Shown: positions 41,202 through 44,282 of the stretch, piece after piece | Numbering within the stretch: position 1 is the stretch's first letter | Layout of the letters: the number at the start of each line of letters is the position of its first letter | Source: a virus | Taxonomy: Duplodnaviria > Caudoviricetes | Virus record (IMG/VR): IMGVR_UViG_3300027715_000016 | Location: 1 to 44,282 of that record | Strand: one strand, 5' to 3' | DNA length: 44,282 nucleotides | Notes under the pieces: model-generated | The model's input: the letters and a program-made list of their open reading frames with translations, nothing else | Databases searched by the model: none | Told to the model about the DNA's origin: nothing | Made by a program: the position numbers and the translations under genes

Positions 41202-42141
41202 TTAATATTTATAAACTAATTTACAATAATCAAGGCATACAAATCCGACTTGGAGTCTTTGCCCAATTACCTGATATTTGGTAAGTATCAAATATAGTTC
41301 CATTTGGATAAGTTTTAATTCTTGGATTATCAACACTCGGACCGGTTCTTACTCTAAGTCCATCTGTAGTATTTACTTTATATCTTCCTAGAACATATCC
41401 TTTAACATTAGGAGTTGGAGTTGGCGCATCTGTTTTAGAACAATAATCTAAACAAATCCAACCGGCATTATTAGATAAATGCCCCCAACTTCCTTCTGTT
41501 CTATCTATTCCTTGCATTGAACCAAAACCTATAGTAGCTACAGGTTTTTTATTTGTATTTGGCTCTGGTCTTACATTAACACCATTTGAAGCAATTACTT
41601 TATAACTTCCAGCTGAATATTTTACTGCTTGCGGAGCTGGAGTTGATGGTGCTGGTGTAGGAGCAGGAGCTACATTTAATTTAGCTCTTACTTTATTTAA
41701 GAATCTTTCCCAACCAAGTTCTAAAGTTTTATGAGGGCAGCTAGTATTAGCAAATTCTTTATGATATCTAACTTTATCTATTCCCCAACCATATCTTTTT
41801 AGAATATCTGCAATTAATTCAGCAGCATTATTTTCTGATTGTTCAAATATTTCTCCACCATTTTTACTATAGCAAATTTCTATACCAATAGATTTTAAAT
41901 TTATTGGATAGTTTCCAGAGTGCCAAGCACATCTGTTTTCATCTATACCTTGAACAGCTCTTTCGTTATCTACAGCATAATGAAATGATACATATTTATC
42001 ATTACCTAGCATGTAAGAAACTTCACTCATAGCACTAGAAGTACCAAAAGTATTGTGTACTACGATTAATTCAGGTGTTTGAGTATAAGGACATTTTATA
42101 GCCACTTTATTAGCAGGGCAATTTACTTTAGTTATTGTCAT
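41202..42141 (-). CDS. endolysin: Amidase_2 N-acetylmuramoyl-L-alanine amidase plus two SH3b domains (~312 aa), C skipped at CGG 41247
   Basis: IVVHNT, SFHYAVD, AWHSG, SIGIEIC, HK..TSCP; the skip gives KTPS(G)FVCLDYCKLVYKY*, matching the first SH3b ending AGWICLDYC. Confidence 0.92.
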
Positions 42142-42244
42142 TTACTTCACCTCTACCATCTTCTGTAGTCCAATGTGAAAAATCATTTTCTGTTATATTT
42201 TTTTGAAATAGTTCTTCATTGAATTCAATTTCTTCAATTTCCAT
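42128..42244 (-). CDS. small acidic peptide (38 aa) between holin and endolysin
   Basis: AAAGGTGG RBS; MEIEEIEFNEELFQKNITENDFSHWTTEDGRGEVNDNN*; overlaps the endolysin start. Confidence 0.55.
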   Translation of the reverse strand: MEIEEIEFNEELFQKNITENDFSHWTTEDGRGEVNDNN

Positions 42245-42269
42245 GTTATTACCACCTTTCTATAATTTA

Positions 42270-42518
42270 TTAATATTTAGTTTTATCTGTAGGATTATTT
42301 AAAAATGCAAATACCGCACCAATTACTGCAAATACAGTAGCAGGATTAGATATTATATCTAATATAGTTTTCCCTAATAAACTCCAACTAGTTATAGTAT
42401 TTATATCTACACCAGCAGTAGAAGCTATTAGAACTATAATAGAAGCAATACCAACCCAAGTGCCTTTGCTATCAAATCTTTTTAATACGTTTAATATTTT
42501 TTCTTTCATTAAAATCAC
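42270..42518 (-). CDS. holin
   Basis: 82 aa; two hydrophobic helices; RxxSxxxW N-terminus and NNPT C-terminus; adjacent to the endolysin. Confidence 0.8.
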   Translation of the reverse strand: MILMKEKILNVLKRFDSKGTWVGIASIIVLIASTAGVDINTITSWSLLGKTILDIISNPATVFAVIGAVFAFLNNPTDKTKY

Positions 42519-42817
42519 TTCTTTCTAAAAAAATTCATTCCTACAATTAATAATATACCTAATAATAAAGGCACAAATCTAATAGTAGGAAACATATTTA
42601 TTACACAACTAGATAAAGCGTAATAAATAAATGTTATTAAAGTACATAATAGTATAGGAAAATGTTTAACTTCAAAAAAGTCTTTTAAACTAAAAAAAAT
42701 TAAACTTAAGAATAAAAACTGTATTAGACAATCAGTCCAAACACCTAAAATTATAATTAAAAGCATTTGAACTGAATTTATCAAATATACAAGTATTTTA
42801 AAAATTAAATCTTCCAT
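42515..42817 (-). CDS. AgrB-like membrane peptidase (truncated, 100 aa)
   Basis: Multi-TM protein; FFSLK..EVKHFPILLC places His and Cys as in the AgrB R..GG.H..C motif, but the match is degenerate. Confidence 0.5.
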   Translation of the reverse strand: MEDLIFKILVYLINSVQMLLIIILGVWTDCLIQFLFLSLIFFSLKDFFEVKHFPILLCTLITFIYYALSSCVINMFPTIRFVPLLLGILLIVGMNFFRKK

Positions 42818-42900
42818 TATTTACTCATTAATCTAGTTATTTTTTTTGCTATGTTTCTTATTTCGTCTTCTTCTGGAAACCATAATAGACACCAACCCAT
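42817..42900 (-). CDS. AgrD-like 27-aa peptide (not in ORF track)
   Basis: GAGGTG RBS; MGWCLLWFPEEDEIRNIAKKITRLMSK*; TAATG coupling to the AgrB-like gene. Confidence 0.5.
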   Translation of the reverse strand: MGWCLLWFPEEDEIRNIAKKITRLMSK

Positions 42901-42905
42901 TTAAA

Positions 42906-43502
42906 TCACCTCTTTATTAATTTTGTTTTAATAACAATTATTACCGTTAGAAAAAGATAATAATCGAAGTTCATTAATGCTTTTAATAATTCGCTATCTA
43001 TAGACATAAAAGGTATTTTAAATATAACATATTTGAAATAATAAAACACCATTTGTATTATAAATATTAAAACTAAATAACTAAAGCATTTTGCTATTGT
43101 TTTAATATTTTGAGATAGCATATAGCAATAAAAGAAATAAAAAAATATAACTATAATGTTAATAACAGAGCCATCAACAAAATTAGTTAATACCATAGTT
43201 AAAATTGTAAAAGGCAAACAAAAAATTGCTGTCTTTTTGTACATATCTTTATTTTGCATTAGAAATAGAGTCAACAAATGACCTAGGTAAGTATAAATGA
43301 AACCAAATATAATCTCTAATGCAAATATTTTTTTTATATTATAAGCTTTCAATTGCATAGATTCTAATCCAATAGTATAACAAAAAAAGTTATAAATTAT
43401 AACCAAAATCATAAAATACAATGTAATTAAGCTAATTGTTAACATTTTATTTTTTATAAAATAATTATAATATGCTTTCAGTTTGTTCAAGTTTCTCACC
43501 AT
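42906..43502 (-). CDS. polytopic membrane protein, possibly an AgrC-like sensor domain without kinase
   Basis: 198 aa, about six hydrophobic segments, no H-box or ATPase domain. Confidence 0.55.
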   Translation of the reverse strand: MVRNLNKLKAYYNYFIKNKMLTISLITLYFMILVIIYNFFCYTIGLESMQLKAYNIKKIFALEIIFGFIYTYLGHLLTLFLMQNKDMYKKTAIFCLPFTILTMVLTNFVDGSVINIIVIFFYFFYCYMLSQNIKTIAKCFSYLVLIFIIQMVFYYFKYVIFKIPFMSIDSELLKALMNFDYYLFLTVIIVIKTKLIKR

Positions 43503-43857
43503 ACTCTTTCAATAGTATTTTACAATATATATCACGACCATGATTGCCATTATTTGCAAGATATTCTTGTGCCGCTTTATATCTTTCGACATCAGGTAAA
43601 TCTTTAAGATAAACCTTCATGCCTAATATTTCCATTTTTTGATTATGTTGCTCAAGAATAACTCCATCTATCTTTTCTTCTATGCTAATTATTTTATCAC
43701 TTTGAATTGCAATAATATCCATGACTTCAGAAAATTTCTTCTTCACCCAAGTCAATGGATTATATTTAAAATCTTCAAATTTAGCCATCGCCATAAAAGC
43801 TCCAGCTATAGCACCCATGGTAATAATTGCCTGTATAACACTATTAATCCATTCCAT
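43465..43857 (-). CDS. holin-like/lysis-module membrane protein
   Basis: AGGAGG RBS before MEWINS; N-terminal TM helix, coiled coil and YLxxxGNH motif. Confidence 0.55.
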   Translation of the reverse strand: MEWINSVIQAIITMGAIAGAFMAMAKFEDFKYNPLTWVKKKFSEVMDIIAIQSDKIISIEEKIDGVILEQHNQKMEILGMKVYLKDLPDVERYKAAQEYLANNGNHGRDIYCKILLKEYGEKLEQTESIL

Positions 43858-43889
43858 AATTTTCCTCCTGCAACAACTCATAAATTCTT

Positions 43890-43926
43890 AAAAAAAGAGC
43901 AAAGACTAGTAATCTAATCTCTGCTC
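43890..43926 (-). terminator. intrinsic terminator
   Basis: Minus strand GAGCAGAGATTAG-ATTA-CTAGTCTTTGCTC-TTTTTTT. Confidence 0.75.
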
Positions 43927-43932
43927 GTAATT

Positions 43933-44145
43933 CTATTTTATGACTTGATAATCAAAATCAGAGCATCCTATATTACTTTTATAAGATACTTTAATTTTAT
44001 CAGATTTTATGTTTAGTTTATTTTCACAAATAATTCCACAACCTTTAAAATCAAAAGCTATTTTTTTATCTGTTATATATAGAACATCACATAATTCTAT
44101 TTTCTTTTCTTCTATTTTTTTTACTTCGTTTGTATTTTTACTCAT
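43933..44145 (-). CDS. hypothetical protein
   Basis: 70 aa, GGAGGGG RBS. Confidence 0.65.
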   Translation of the reverse strand: MSKNTNEVKKIEEKKIELCDVLYITDKKIAFDFKGCGIICENKLNIKSDKIKVSYKSNIGCSDFDYQVIK

Positions 44146-44147
44146 GA

Positions 44148-44282
44148 TTAACTTCCCCTCCTAGCGCATTGTGTACATGAATTTGTCTGTATAACTCTTA
44201 ATAAATCACTACAATATCTAGAATAAGCACAAACATCATCTATTTGTCTACATTTTAATATCTTAAATTTATCTTCAAGTGC
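44148..44282 (-). CDS. 3' end of a Cys-rich hypothetical protein (partial)
   Basis: Open frame ..ALEDKFKILKCRQIDDVCAYSRYCSDLLRVIQTNSCTQCARRGS* running in from the window edge. Confidence 0.5.
   Translation of the reverse strand, partial: ALEDKFKILKCRQIDDVCAYSRYCSDLLRVIQTNSCTQCARRGS

Noticed and set aside
19511-43917. Plus-strand short ORFs in the late region (e.g. 19511..19801, 23205..23519, 32287..32532, 36063..36254, 40164..40502, 43639..43917)
   Set aside because: Antisense to real genes or to intron cores; no supporting features.
1-44282. Stop-codon reassignment (TAG or TGA read-through) as the cause of gene fragmentation
   Set aside because: Fragments continue in a different frame rather than past the stop, and TAA, TAG and TGA all end genes normally here.
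1-44282. tRNA gene, including a frameshift-suppressor tRNA, or CRISPR array
   Set aside because: No cloverleaf or repeat-spacer array was recognised in the short intergenic regions. Any decoding factor must lie outside this window or in the host.

Overview
AT-rich segment of a large tailed dsDNA phage, probably infecting a low-GC Bacillota/Clostridia host. The + strand (1-12.3 kb) is a replication and nucleotide-metabolism module: DnaE-type polymerase, YqeY, intron-split nrdD, nrdG, HNH-AP2 endonuclease, RNA ligase and RecU. It converges on a - strand late module (12.4-44.3 kb): tail/baseplate/fibre genes, a tape measure gene split by three group I introns, HNH endonucleases, endolysin, holin and an agr-like cassette. 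The main discovery is an apparent non-triplet coding rule. Every reading-frame break I found in six genes (16 sites) sits exactly at an in-frame CGG codon. Skipping that single C, i.e. reading CGGN as Gly, restores full-length proteins with Gly at conserved motif positions. The essential DnaE and tape measure genes need five such events each. Out-of-frame CGG and in-frame CGT/CGC/CGA/AGG are read normally. One small HNH gene has two in-frame CGG that appear to be ordinary triplets. All calls come from manual reading and motif recognition. No database searches were run, no tRNA gene was recognised in the window, and a sequencing artefact cannot be formally excluded without reads.
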